Shown here: piece after piece, positions 29,256 to 61,447 of the stretch
Layout: each line of letters starts with the position of its first letter
Position numbering within the stretch: the first letter of the stretch is position 1
Source: Paraspadella gotoi
Taxonomy: Eukaryota > Animalia > Chaetognatha
DNA: 64,000 nt
Assembly: GCA_051294375.1 (NCBI GenBank)
Contig: CM119268.1
Span: 17,823,562-17,887,561, forward strand
Direction of reading: 5' to 3'
Position numbers and translations under genes: made by a program
The notes under the pieces: model-generated
Seen by the model: only the letters and a program-made list of their open reading frames with translations
Database searches by the model: none
What the model was told of the DNA's origin: nothing

Positions 29256-31888
29256 NNNNNNNNNNNNNNNNNNNNNNNNNNNNNNNNNNNNNNNNNNNNN
29301 NNNNNNNNNNNNNNNNNNNNNNNNNNNNNNNNNNNNNNNNNNNNNNNNNNNNNNNNNNNNNNNNNNNNNNNNNNNNNNNNNNNNNNNNNNNNNNNNNNNN
29401 NNNNNNNNNNNNNNNNNNNNNNNNNNNNNNNNNNNNNNNNNNNNNNNNNNNNNNNNNNNNNNNNNNNNNNNNNNNNNNNNNNNNNNNNNNNNNNNNNNNN
29501 NNNNNNNNNNNNNNNNNNNNNNNNNNNNNNNNNNNNNNNNNNNNNNNNNNNNNNNNNNNNNNNNNNNNNNNNNNNNNNNNNNNNNNNNNNNNNNNNNNNN
29601 NNNNNNNNNNNNNNNNNNNNNNNNNNNNNNNNNNNNNNNNNNNNNNNNNNNNNNNNNNNNNNNNNNNNNNNNNNNNNNNNNNNNNNNNNNNNNNNNNNNN
29701 NNNNNNNNNNNNNNNNNNNNNNNNNNNNNNNNNNNNNNNNNNNNNNNNNAATCGCGGTTGAACTCGAGGCAGGGGAGAAAGGGAAGGAAATGAGAAGAGC
29801 GGGTTGAGGCGAACATCCATTAATCAAAATTCATCGCCGAAATGCTTTGACGGGGAAAGAAAACGATTTGCCAGATTAGCCGAAACTTCGAGCATGTCAA
29901 TGCTGCGGTTAATTCTCTCTCTCTTCTCTCTCTCTCTCTCTCTCTGCTCTCTCTCTCCTCTCATCTCTTCTCTCTGTCTCTACCGCTCATCGTCCACCCA
30001 TCTGGATTCCCGTCTCTCCTCATCTTGTGTCACCTCTGGTCCTCTATCAATAAATTAAACTTAAAATTACACCTCAAGCAAATTCACATAGATAAAGTAA
30101 CATTTAAACCACTTTTCATGGCCATCCAAAAGGAGGCTTTTCAAAGTCCAAGTGCAACCGAATGTTCCCTATAAATTCTTTGAGGGTTTTAAAGGATAAG
30201 CAGCCCGATTTTCTGTTTGAGGACGTAACCATTTGAACTCAAAACCGTTCCCCAGGCGGAGTTTTTTATCTTTACAAAAGATGCCCGGACCGTGATTTCT
30301 TGCCCTCTTTCAAAATCTGCAATCAATTCATAGTCCCGCTTATGCTCTCTCTCTCGTCTCTCCTCTCTCTCTCTCTCTCTCTCTGCATGCTCCATCTCTC
30401 GATCTCTTCTCATCTCATCATCTCTGCCGTGTCTCTCTATCTCTCTTCTTCTCTCCTCAAAGCTGTTCCCGCATTCCCCTCGTATTTACCTCGCTCAACG
30501 CTCACATTCCACTAGACGACTTTTTTTTCTTCTTGCACTATCGTCGGCGTCATCATCCTCGTCGTGCCTGCGCCATTTATCTCCGCCCCTCTCTCTCTCT
30601 CTCATCGCTTCGTCGTCTCTGCCTCTCTCTCTCTCTCTCTCTCCATCTACTCTCTCTCTCTCTCATCTCTGACTGCTCTCTCCCTCTCTCCTCTCTCCCC
30701 CCTCGCCGGCCTTTTCGACTCTCTGCGCGCACGCGCTCACTTTGCTCAGAGATCGATAAGTTATCCCCCGGTGCCTTCTGCTTCCAATCGCCCGCTTCTG
30801 TTATGCAAATGAGATTTGTATCGGCCTTCGGCGTGATTTACGTGACTTTTAAACCCCGCGCTCCGAAAACGAGTGGCGAGACAGCAGACGGACAGAGGAG
30901 AGGAAGAGACACTTGTTCCTCGAAGAAGAAAGCGAGGAAGGGGGCGGGCGAAAGGCGAAGACAGACGTGAAAAGACTGTTTTACAATCGATGAAACTCGT
31001 TGTGATCAGACAAAAATGAGATTTATTAAAATGTAGTCACTTTGGTGTTGTGACTTGTGAATTAATGATAAATGTATCAATTAAGGAGTAGATGTGTTTG
31101 ACAAAGAACTGGTAAGTATTGTTTCTCGTGTATGAATTTTTTTATCATAAAAAAGAACTGCGATGAAGGAATCTCCGATTTCATGAAATGTTCCACCTAC
31201 CTCACCCCACTCGCCGAATTCTGATCCCCTTAACGCCAAATATGGTCACCACTCTTTATTTACCTGTTACGAGGGAAGGGCGTTGGGAGAAGGGCTGTAA
31301 AGTGGATTTCCTTTTTCCCATTCATGCACATAACGGCCTCAAATTCTTCAATTTTTTTATCCCGAATAATAATAGGGAAACCGAGCGTTGCTGTTTGTCC
31401 AGGGTAGGTACAAACAGGTTTCTCATTAAGGAGGCCCAGATTCGCTTACTGCCATCTCCATAGCAACGGTGCAATGCTATGTTAAAGCTACGGATCGAAA
31501 TGGGGAAACCTAGTGATAAAAATGTAATGAACAACAGATTTTTAAGAAAGAGAAAAAAGTGTTAACAATTACTAAAGTAAAACAATTAAACGATCGGGAG
31601 AAGCAATGAACAAAACAAACGAAAAATAAAGAAAGAAAGTAATAACGTAGAAATAGACTGAATTAGGGACTGTCTAACGAAGGAAAAACGGACGGACTGA
31701 CGGACGGACGGACGGACGTAAAGACTCGCCCTAAAAACCCTAACCCGACTCATCTTAGGAGAAAAGACGCCCATCGTTTATTTCCCTCTTTTCGAAGCGT
31801 CGGACCACCGAACCATTTTTCAACTTCGGACGTTACCCTACTACATGAAGAAAAAAGAAAATAAATAATTTATAAGGGCCTGCTCTCC

Positions 31889-31935
<47 letters not shown>

Positions 31936-32456
31936 GTTCTGCTCCTCTCTCTCCTCTTTTCGTCTCTCTATCCTCTATCTTCGTCTATCTTTCTCCCTCC
32001 CGGCCATATCTCTCTCTCTTTTTCTCGTCTCTTCTCAATTCTTCCGCCTTTATCTCTTTTCTTCCAGCCTACAGGACGTTGCACCGAACGAGAATAAAGT
32101 CACAGCGCCTTGTTTCAGGCTCTCTCTCTCTTCCCTCGTCTCTCTCTCTCCTCTCCTTCTCCTCTCCTCGCTACATAACATCTCTCTGCTCTGCTACTCT
32201 CTCTCTTCTCCTTCTCTCTGTTCTCGTCTCTCTTTCTCACGTCAAACCTGTTTTCGCCGAGTAAATGTTTAATCGCTTCGTTTGTGTTTGTCTGAAAATA
32301 GACGCATACCAAATTCGTGCCGCACAAGCCTTTCGAGGACCTCCGGCTCTGTTATTTCATCGGAGGCTGAAAAAATTATGATCTTGTGGACAACTCGCGA
32401 TCTCTCTCTCTCTCTCTCTCTTCTCTCTCTTCTCTCTCTCTCTGCTCTCTCTCTCT

Positions 32457-32489
<33 letters not shown>

Positions 32490-33152
32490 TCCGCGCCTAA
32501 CAACAACGTTTAACAACCCAAATTTGTTACAATGAATAATTAAACTTGATACTCAACTGCACCCCTCTTTTTTACCTACAGCTGTTTTTCCGAGAAAACG
32601 CTTTATCAACGTCCATGTCATCATCGTCGTCGTCGTCGCCGTCGTCGGAAATCGTTTTGATGTGAATTCCTGGTCAAGAAGCAGACAGTCTGGAAAACCA
32701 ACCATGAAAAGACGAGCGTCAGAGGACTAGAGGTGGGAGTGGGGTGAGAATATAATATATAATATATATATATATAATATAAATATATAGAATCTGTTTA
32801 ACTGAAAGGAGGCTTTAGATCGTGTCGACTATTAATAAACTTTAGTTAAGAATTGTATTTTCATATATTTTCATGTATCGTGACAGTTATAAGCAGACAC
32901 CTCACCCATATTTTTATTTTCAAATATAGTATTGTAGCCATTTCGTAATACGATTGGATACGAATAAATAGGGAAAAGCAGTTTGAAGAATTGAGAAGGG
33001 GTAAAAATAAAGAAAATTAGAAGAAAGGGAGAGGGAGAGATAGTGAGAGATAGTGAGAGAGAGAGTGAGAGAGAGATAAGAGCGCAACAAGTGTCGGGCA
33101 ACGTGAATGGGGAATATCATTTGTCGGTTCTTTGTAAGGCGGAGCTTTTTTT

Positions 33153-33193
<41 letters not shown>

Positions 33194-33537
33194 AAGAGGG
33201 TCCGCGGGTCGGCCGCGCCGTGTCGAGTCTAGACTTTAGAGCCTTTGGGTCATATGAAGATCGAAACAACAACAACAACAACAACAACTTCAGAAACAAC
33301 ATCAACCTCGCGAAAGTTGTGAAGATGATTAACGATCAAGAGATTCGGTCGCTGATAAGAGTTAAGATCATTAGACTCAGAAGAAAGTTTAAATTTAATC
33401 AATCGGTATAACCTTTATCGTAAAATTTGATAGCATCATTTTGTTTAGCTGACGTAAGCTCTCTACATCTCATTGTGTGAAAAATGTTTTGTCAACGTTT
33501 CTGGTGGGTATTTTAACACACAATCTCTCTCTCTCCT

Positions 33538-33582
<45 letters not shown>

Positions 33583-33692
33583 GAACTTTCGATTTTTAAT
33601 TCGATAACTGACTTCCTCCCTGTCTCAATCGACCGTAAGGCTCTCTTCCTGGGGGATTCTGCTTCGTCAAAAAGTCAACAAGATTGAGATAA

Positions 33693-33736
<44 letters not shown>

Positions 33737-34227
33737 GAGAGAGAGAGAGAAAGAGAATACTGAAAAAACCTACAATCGACTGAGGTCCGACTAGAGGCTC
33801 AAATTATGGAATTAGTTCCAGTATTGTGCCTTTCAACGTCTTCCTTGTCGTCGCTGTCATCGTCGTCGGCATCGTCGATCGAGGATCGACTTCGGCATGA
33901 AACTGGATACCTGTTATTATGACGCCGCCGCGCGAGAAAGTCCCACAAGACAGACGATGGCGGAAGATTTTCATAAATTTAATTTATTTAAATTTGAAAT
34001 TATTTATTTGAAGTACCGATAAAACTTTGATAACAGGTATTTTTATTTCAAAATTTACCCAAAAAACGCAAACAGTTTTTATGTCAAATCATTAATTAAT
34101 AACAGGACATAAAAACTTGAATTGTAAGACATGCTTCTATCTTAATTGGTTTTCCTTTTAATATAGAACCTTCGTCCTCGTCCACCGATTCCGTAAAAAG
34201 ACGTTATGTCCGCGGTCGCAATCTCAT

Positions 34228-34373
34228 CCAATTCCGAAAAAGGGTGCGAAACTTTTATTCAAGTCCGATCGACCAATCAACGGGATGACATCGTCCAATC
34301 GGAATCCAGAGTCAAAGTCGCTTCATTCGATCGTCCAATGAAAAAGCGTGCCGTCGGAAGTCGTCCGACCAAT
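34228..34373 (+). promoter_or_regulatory. Cluster of five same-strand CCAAT boxes (NF-Y-type promoter candidate)
   Basis: CCAAT at 34228, 34273, 34295, 34335 and 34369; four are in a CG(A/T)CCAAT(C/G)(A/G) context. Confidence 0.5.
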
Positions 34374-34879
34374 CAGGAGAGAAAGGGTCGGGTCGGAGGC
34401 AGAAAAAGATGTCACTTGTCAAGTTTTCTGGTTTCGAAAGGGAAAAGTGTTGGAGATTTAGTCGATTATTATCGTTATTATCGTTATTACTTTTTGATTC
34501 CTTTTTTTTCCTTTTATGTTAGTTTTTCTTTTTACTGGTCTTTGATTACATGCATTAAATACTATCGTTGTGATCGTTCCTATTTAGATACTGTTGATAT
34601 TGTTTGTTTTTTTCGTTTTTTATTATATTTTTATTAGCCTGACTTTTTAGTTGTTCTTCTTTGACGAGTCGGTTTTTCAAATTTTACATTAGATGGTCTT
34701 TTCTTTCACTGTTCCCCTTTCAAAACCGTGAAGAGGTTTTTATATCTTTAAATATCATAAACTTTGAATTTTAATATTAAATGCGTTGCGTGAATCATGA
34801 CGACGCAATTAATGAAAACAAATTAACCGGTTGTTAAAATCGATTGTTATTTCGCCCAAATTCGTTGCGCGACGTAATG

Positions 34880-34957
<78 letters not shown>

Positions 34958-35019
34958 CTTCGAAATCGAGTGTATGACGTGGGGGATGCGTCTGACGTCA
35001 ACGAAAAACACAAGAGGGT

Positions 35020-35109
<90 letters not shown>

Positions 35110-36299
35110 ATGAGCAGGTGACCGCCGCTACTATTCCTCCTCCTTCATTACCTCCTCCTCGTACTATCTTCTTGTCAAGTCAAGTAAAAAAGAGAGAAGT
35201 TTTTTTTTTCAGGGATTAAAAGAAAATTGATTGATTCGGTTTGAGAATTAAAATTCTCAGGTGTTTCTCCGCTAATTCGTCATGGGTTCCCCGTTGAGAG
35301 GCGATAATGAGACTAAGGATTCGCTTCATTCCCTTCAACCGATTCTTTTTTTCTTTTTCTTTTCTTTTTGTTTTTATCGTGACGTCGTCCTCGTTGTTCT
35401 TCGGTCAGGATAAACAAAATGGAGATCTCCTCCGAAATGATCCAACAAATATATAATGGACATGATCTGCCGTTCTTCTATTGATATTCTAATTCTTAAA
35501 AGATATGAAGCCGTCGCATAAATTTGGGTTGAAAAAACTTATCTCGACTTTCTTGAGTTTACTTATTTACCTATATATATTTAGTTTATGAGTTCGTTAA
35601 AACTTCTTATGTTAACTCCTAAACAGCAAACCTGATACTCTCATTCTCTCGGAAAGCGGTGATCGAGACTTGGCCTGGAACTTGAGACCTCTTAGCTTTA
35701 CGGAGACGCCCTCGCGTTAATAGGCAATGCCGCAGCTCTTTGAGTCGTCGTCGTCGTCGTCGTCGTCGTCGATCGCGGAATAAATTTATTGATTGGAATT
35801 TAATTGGTTTACGCGCTAAATTACGAGCAAATTTAGAATCAATGAAAGAAATAAATGATCAAAGAAAAATCGAGAAAAAGAAAACAAAAGACGCCGTTAC
35901 GCTACGAACTAGTATGTTTAATTGTTAAAATGAAGAAGGTGTTTGCCAAATTCGATGACCTAGTTCTGTCCAACGGTACTATCAAAACACTTTTTTCTGC
36001 CGAACAGTTTTTGCATCTATGTGCCGTAAAGATACAGACCTGGATTTGTGTGAAATTTGTTTGTATTTTACAAACAATATTTTTAGTTATAAAATTTTTT
36101 TTTTAAATTTTCAAATGAAAAATCCGACTCCCATTATCGTAAATCGGAATTTTTCTTAAAGACACAACAGCAGTTCCGGTTAACCATCGTCGTTGTGGTC
36201 GTCGTCGTCGTCCCGCTTTCTTTCCTTTCATCCCTCACTGTCCTTTGTCGTCCTCGTGCTCATCATTATGGTCATCGAAGTCGTCGTCGTTTTCGTCGT

Positions 36300-36331
<32 letters not shown>

Positions 36332-36709
36332 TTAATTATCCCCTATTGATCGTCGTAGTCGTCCTCTTCATCGCCTCTGCTGACATCGTAATTGAACTAC
36401 ACCGCTTGTAAAAAAAAAGAGACAGAAATTCGCGGCACCGTGATATTAAATTCATTTTTATTCAATATTTAGAAATTAATTTATATGTATATAATATATT
36501 TTTAGGAAGGAAAGAGGAAATATACTTGTAATATATAGTAAAGTAAGGAAACGACTAAGGAAACAATTAGCTAAACTAATTGGTTAAATATAACTAATTA
36601 ACTATATTTTCGGCTTTATTATTCCGATATAACCTTTTTCGCGCATTGGAACAAAGTTAGCGCAGTTAAGAATTCTATTAATTAATTACTGGACGATCGT
36701 AATCTCGAT

Positions 36710-36744
<35 letters not shown>

Positions 36745-38290
36745 TCATCGTTGTCGCCGTCATCGTCGTCATCCTCGGTCAGGACAGGAGAGAATAGATG
36801 GCTCTGCAGAATTTTGCGCGGGGACAAATTTAATTTATTAAAAGATGTGGGAGCGACTTTTATTGGACAATTATAATAGGAAAGAAATTAAGAGGGAAAA
36901 AGAAAGAGAGAGAGACAGAGAGAGAGATGCCTTTGGCGTCGAAAGAGCGGAAGAAAATGCGCGAGTCGACACATAACAACAGCTAATCCTTGTAAAGTTG
37001 AGCAGAAAACAAAACCAAAACAACAACAAAACATAGTAACTTAGAACTATAAGACGGTATTTTGTTTTTAGAACGGGTTTCCAGAATGTATTATTCTATG
37101 TTTATTGTTTTTGTTGTATACCTTTTTTCCTTGCCAATCTGCTTTTTTCACGGATAAACTAACAAAAACAAGACGACGACAAGACTGTAAAAACAAAAGT
37201 CAGCACGAGTCTCGGAATCGGGATTCGAATTAAAAGATCATCTCTTTGGCGTCTTTTTTTATTGTCTCTTTTTTTTTGTCTTCTTCATTTCGTTGTCCTT
37301 TTGTTTATTTTCCAGGATATCGATGGTTCAAAAGTAAACAAACCTTAAAGTATCCAAAGTAGGGCCGCCTTCGCCGAGCACCAACTTTACCGTAATCGTA
37401 AACGCCCGCGGAGATACGTTCTCAACCATTTTCGTCGTCGTCTTCCTCATTTTGACCAAATATGGAAAAACTCATTCTTTTCTTTATTTCTTCTAATTTT
37501 CTCTTACTTCTCCTCCTCCTCATCTTCGCTCCTCTTCCTTCTTTCTTCTCTTCCTCCTCCGAATACTTTAACATTGCGTCGGAGCTTTTGACATTTCGCT
37601 CTTCCCTCGATCCATCTCATCCTCTTCCTCTTCCTCCTCCTCCTCCTCCTCCTTAACTTTCACTTCCCGAAAAAAAAATAAAAAATCGGGTTTCGGTTTC
37701 GAACGCGGTTTTTCAATCTTAACATTTTGGTCGCTGTCGTCGTCGTGGTCGTCCTCGATCTTCGATCCATTTATACTGCGGCGATCCCGGGTTCGATCCC
37801 CATTCGTCGAGATTCGTCCGTCTCGATTATTCCTCACTTTTTAAAAAAAATACCAAAAGAAAAAGGATAGATAAAAAAAAAACTTTTTCCTCGAAATCTG
37901 ACGAAAATAAAAAGAACATCTCTAAAAAAAGTGAAATAAATCGAGAAAAGAGTGAGTCTCCCTCTCACTCTCACGCGAAAAAGTGAACTTATATCGACAC
38001 TTTGTCTCCGTCTCTGTCTCTCTCTACGCCCATCAATTTCTCTTCCTTCGACTTATATGGGCGAAACGATTTGGGGGAAATCAAAATAAAAGTCGCCAAC
38101 TTTTTTGATGAATTAAATTATAGAAAAAAAAACCCGTAAAGGAAAGTCGCAGCGGAACACAGAACTGTTTAAATGTATAAAGTTCCGAAGAGATATTGAA
38201 AAAAACGCCTCCGTTTCCATAGCGACGCTTGGTCTTGGCCGACGCTTCTTTGTTTCGACTCTTCGTCATCATCGTCGTCGTCGTTGCAAG

Positions 38291-56350
<18,060 letters not shown>

Positions 56351-56352
56351 TG

Positions 56353-56412
<60 letters not shown>

Positions 56413-58035
56413 ATTTCTTACGCCTATGCTTGTTGCCATATTTTTGTTTACCAAATGTTTTTCAGCAAATAACTTTTTGTATACGGTTTCTTCTGTCGTG
56501 GTTGTGTTGATTGTTACGATATTAAAAGCCATCGCATTATTAACTCCTTTCGATTAACATGAAAAAATGTTATTATTACAAAATTAAACTTTTTTACGTA
56601 TGTTAATGTATTTTTTTCCGATCTGAACCCTCAGTGTGAAAAGGTTTTCTCGAACGCTCAGACAGTCAGAGATACAAAAATAAAGTTACTGCAGTAAAAT
56701 ACTACGGAGTTTTTTTTTTTTGGGGGAGGGTTCTTTACTCTTTTGCGCTATCTCTACAGAAGTATTTTCAAAAGGATTCCAATTCGTTCGCTTGCCTCAT
56801 CAAGCGTTGCGCATTTGTTTTCCCCACGATTACGAATTCGGTTTTTGAAACTACTAGCGACATTATTTGAAACAGTAAGCTTTTTTTTTCCCCATTATAA
56901 TTGTTTCTCAGAGTTTCTAAATCATTTGACAAGGATGTTTTATAGTCTATTAATCCTCTGACTTAAATTTTGAAACTAAAAAGAAACAAAAACAATATTT
57001 TGAAACGGACAAAGTTTTATTTCGCATTACTTACGGACCGCTTTTATTCTAAAACAAACATTTCTTTTTTTTCGTAAAAATTAAGTAAAATTCAGAATAC
57101 GTAGAGAACTATCAAAACAAATAAATTTTAATTTAAAATCGTCAAAAAATGGAATGTACTGTTCATAAATATAAGAAATTGAAAGAGAACGAAATAAAAT
57201 CTTACACCTTCGTTAAATATATATATATTTTTTTGCTCTCACTCTCTCCCTATGATATGAGAAGAAAATGTATTGTGGGGATAAAGGATGTTTTTTTTAG
57301 TCGTCGAAGTTAAGTAGACCACTGGAAACCTGGATGAATAAAGCGAAAATTGTTGTCAGGGTAAAAGTAAAAAGTAAAAAGTAAAAAGTAAAAAGTATCG
57401 CTGTCCTTAAAACATATTTGAATATAACCTCAACCACAAAAAACATGAAAGTGTACCAACCGATTTTGATTGACCTTAATTTAAGTCTCGTTTGGTCATC
57501 TAGCAAAATTTGGACATTTAGATAATAGTCACATGGAATGTAAAATATGGCTTAAAAATCAATTTGAATTGGAATGAACGACAATTTTCAAAATTTAGGT
57601 CTTAAGAGAAAATGTTTTTTTTAAACTTTTTTAAGTAGTAAAGGATTTAGTTTTATTCTACTTGGTCTTAGCTCTCTTTTTCCCTTTAAGTCTTATTTAC
57701 GTTTGCACGCTTTACGTTTTTCTGAATGCACGACAAGTAACATTGTTTTGCCTGAAACCTCTAAATAAATGAAATAATAAATTTATTTGTGTGTGTGCCC
57801 ATTTTATCGCTGGAATGTGTCAGATAAGAGAATATCATGCTTAAATTTGTGAACACAGAAGTAACCAGGTTTAAAGCGGTGATGCGATAAAAAAATAGTA
57901 ATTTAATAAAAAGTGGAGCTAAAATTAAAAAAACATGCATTCGTACCGGAAAATAAAAGGTTAAACTTAAGTTAGTCGTTCCCAAACTCCAATCTACGCG
58001 AAGCTACGGAACAAAATCTTGTGTCTTGTGTCTTG

Positions 58036-58079
<44 letters not shown>

Positions 58080-58116
58080 GAGAGAGACATCCGCAAATAC
58101 ATCGAAGGCCGAGAAT

Positions 58117-60692
58117 CTACATCAACAACTTGTAGACCTTTTTCCACTCGTTCGTTTTCTTCTCTCCCATTTCTTGAGTGGAAATTTTGAGAGGGAGAGA
58201 GAGTTCCAAAGGAATGAGTTTGATGGCGTCGGTGCCATCGAGTCTGACCTTGAAAGTATATTTATGAATGTATTAATAAATAATTTTTTATTTGTGGGGG
58301 ATTTAATTTTCATTCAAACGATCGCAAACTTTCAATTCAACGAGATTTTAAGCGAAAGCCTTAACCCGGCTCTGTTTTTTACCGAAGATGATAAAACATT
58401 TGGTATTATATCATTATTATATTTATTGTTATAACTTTTTACTTTGAGCGGAATTTTGAGGTTGATCAAGTTCATGCAGTTCGCGTCGAATTCTCCCAAA
58501 TCCTCGAGCTTGACAACTTTTCCACCGTCGATTCCTTCCGGTAGAGGGCCGAAATGGGGTTCGAGAGAAACCTGACAAAATAACATCGATGCAATTTAGT
58601 TAGTCGGGTTACGGCGAGGTAGTATAAATTGTAGTATGAATTCATACTGATAATATTTCTTTTTCCTTGAAGGAAACAGAAATCTATAGACTACAGTAGG
58701 TAACATCTGCAAACGGATTCGTTTTTAAAATAAATTTTATAAATTTTAAAAATATAAAAAAAATATATTGCGGTCTGTGAGGCCGAAAATTAGTCAAATA
58801 CCGGAGACGCTAATATGCAAGAAGTTTGAAAACTATTTCCTCTTCATTTCCTAATTGCTGCACGGATGGAAACAACAATTTTCATTTTCTTTCCTATTTT
58901 AATATTAAAATGAGATCACTTACTTTCACTTAAGCAAGCATCGATAATCAATCAATACATTCAATCAATCAATACAAGCAATATAAACCACATGAGATAA
59001 ATAATAAACCAAATAAACAAAGACAAAAACCCCGACGGTGGTTAATTAATATTATTTCAATCTGTATAAAATGGAATCATGATTAAGCAAAGCAATGAGA
59101 TAGTAACGAACAGTAATATTTGTAAACAAATATCGATTGTTAATATTTTCAATCACTTTTTCAAAGGGCAAATAAGTTTGACGGATTACGAGGAGAGTTT
59201 ATGTTAAACAATTTTAGATAGATTTAAAACATAACGATTATGATTGGAACAACGAAATAAGTTCAACGTTTTAAAACATTTATAAACGACGTGAAAACTA
59301 AATGGATATAAACTCTTGCGCTTAATTTAGGGGTCAATGGTTTATGTAGAACAAGGTCAGGGAAATGACCATTGAAACGTGAGAGAAAGAAAAGAAAAGC
59401 TGAAGCTGAGAAGTATTAGTTAGATGTTGATTGCAAAACTATTGATATCGAACTATCTAAACCATTTTTATATTATTATATATAATTACATAGTAAGTAA
59501 AATAATACGTATATATCGAACACATAACGGATTTAAAGATTACGTATAAACGAAAGGATTTGCTTGTAGGTAGAATCTAGAAAAGAGATGAGAGGAGAAC
59601 GGAAGAGAAAAGAGAAGAGAATAGAAAATAGAAGAGAAGAGAAGGGAAGATAAGAAAAGAGAGAAGAGAAAAAAAGAGAAGAGAAGAGAAGAGAAGAGAA
59701 GAGAAGAGAAGAGAAGAGAAGAGAAGAGAAGAGAAGAGAAGAGAAGAGAAGAGAAGAGAAGAGAAGAGGTCAACTGGAAGTTGCCGACGTCTCATCTCGT
59801 TACATCACGAACCGGGAAGAGAAAAGTCGAGAATCATGGGATTCGGAGGTCGCGGTTTCTCGCGAGGGCGGGTCACTGGGCGGGGGCGGTGGCCGAGGAG
59901 CGGCGGAGCGGCGGAGCGGCGGAGCGGCGGCCGCTGCGTTGGCGGCGTAGTATAGACGGAAAAGAGGGAGAGATTGAGTCGAGGGCGGGGAAAAAGAGGA
60001 GGAGGAGGCGGCCGCGGAGGCGGAGCTTCGCGGGAGGCAAATGAACCGCAAAATGAGCGAAAAATCCGGTTGGTTGCGTCGACCCTAGATTCCGAGGTGG
60101 AACAAAGCCAAGGAAAGAGAATTTTGCAGAGTGGGGGGGGGTAGAGGGAGGGAGGGAGGGAGAGGAGGGGGTTAGGAAAAGGGAATAGTATATAGGGGAG
60201 AGGAAAGAGGAGAGTTCATAAAGTGAGAGTGGGAAGAGAAAAGAGGAAGGGAGAGAAAGGCGCGAGCAAGGATGGGGGAAGGAAAAGAGAGAAGAAGGAA
60301 AGGAAGGAGAGAAGAGAGGAAGGGTAGGAGATCGGGATAAGAAGGAACAGAGAGAGAAGAAAATAAAAAATGGAGAGAGGGAGATTTGAAGTGGGTAGGG
60401 AACGGAAGGAAAGAAAAAAAAGTAAAGAGTTAGGAGAAAAAAATAGACGAGCTGGCAGAACTTGTGGCGGTAGCGAAGTGGTATGTATTTAAGGAAGATA
60501 CCATAGAAATTTGTGTAAGCGGTAAAGTAAAAAAAAATAATGAAGATACACATTCAAAAGAAGGGAAATTTCAACTCTGATAATCACAAACTTTGAAAAA
60601 GAGGGAAGAACGATCTCGCTGTTGAAGTTCGAACCAATTAAGTCCCTGAAGTCGTTTCATTCTATTTGCTGTTCATTTTGCTCCTTTTCCTC

Positions 60693-60742
<50 letters not shown>

Positions 60743-60844
60743 CGCAATTGCTTCGTCTGGCGTCGTAGTCGCTTGCGGCGTCGGCGGCTGAGTTTCCGGT
60801 TGCTTCGGACGACCGACTGGGATTCAAGGTCGAGAGAGTGAGAA

Positions 60845-60890
<46 letters not shown>

Positions 60891-61359
60891 TGAAAAAAGG
60901 CAAGCGAGGAATCGAATTTTTTTTGGTGAAGCGCAAGAAGGAACTTAATTTCGGGAGTAAAGGAGGAATAGATAAAAATTAACGAAAAGACCAAAGATGT
61001 TTTGCCGAATGAGATTGGAAAGTTAAAACTGAAGGAACGAAGAAAAAGGGTGAGGGACCGGAGAATGTGAAAAGTGAGTTCGTCGAGCGGAACTAAGGGC
61101 CGACGTCGAATGGAATCGCGGGAAGAAAATAAAAGAGAAGAAAATCGGAGAAAATGGAGCAAGGGTTAAAGAGTGAGGAGGAAATAGAGAGAGAGAGAGA
61201 GAGAGAGAGAGTGAGTTGGAAGTAAACAATGAAGTCGGAGGGAGAGAGAGAGAGAGAGATGAGAGAGAGAGGAGATGACGCACCCGGAGCAGAGAGAGAC
61301 GAGAGAGAGAGAAGAGAGAGAGAAGAGCAGAGACGAGAGAAAAAGGGGTAGAGAGATAG

Positions 61360-61447
<88 letters not shown>

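Noticed and set aside
37770-37810. GGGTTCGATCCC, resembling a tRNA T-arm or B-box
   Set aside because: No full T-stem, acceptor stem, D-arm or A-box could be built.
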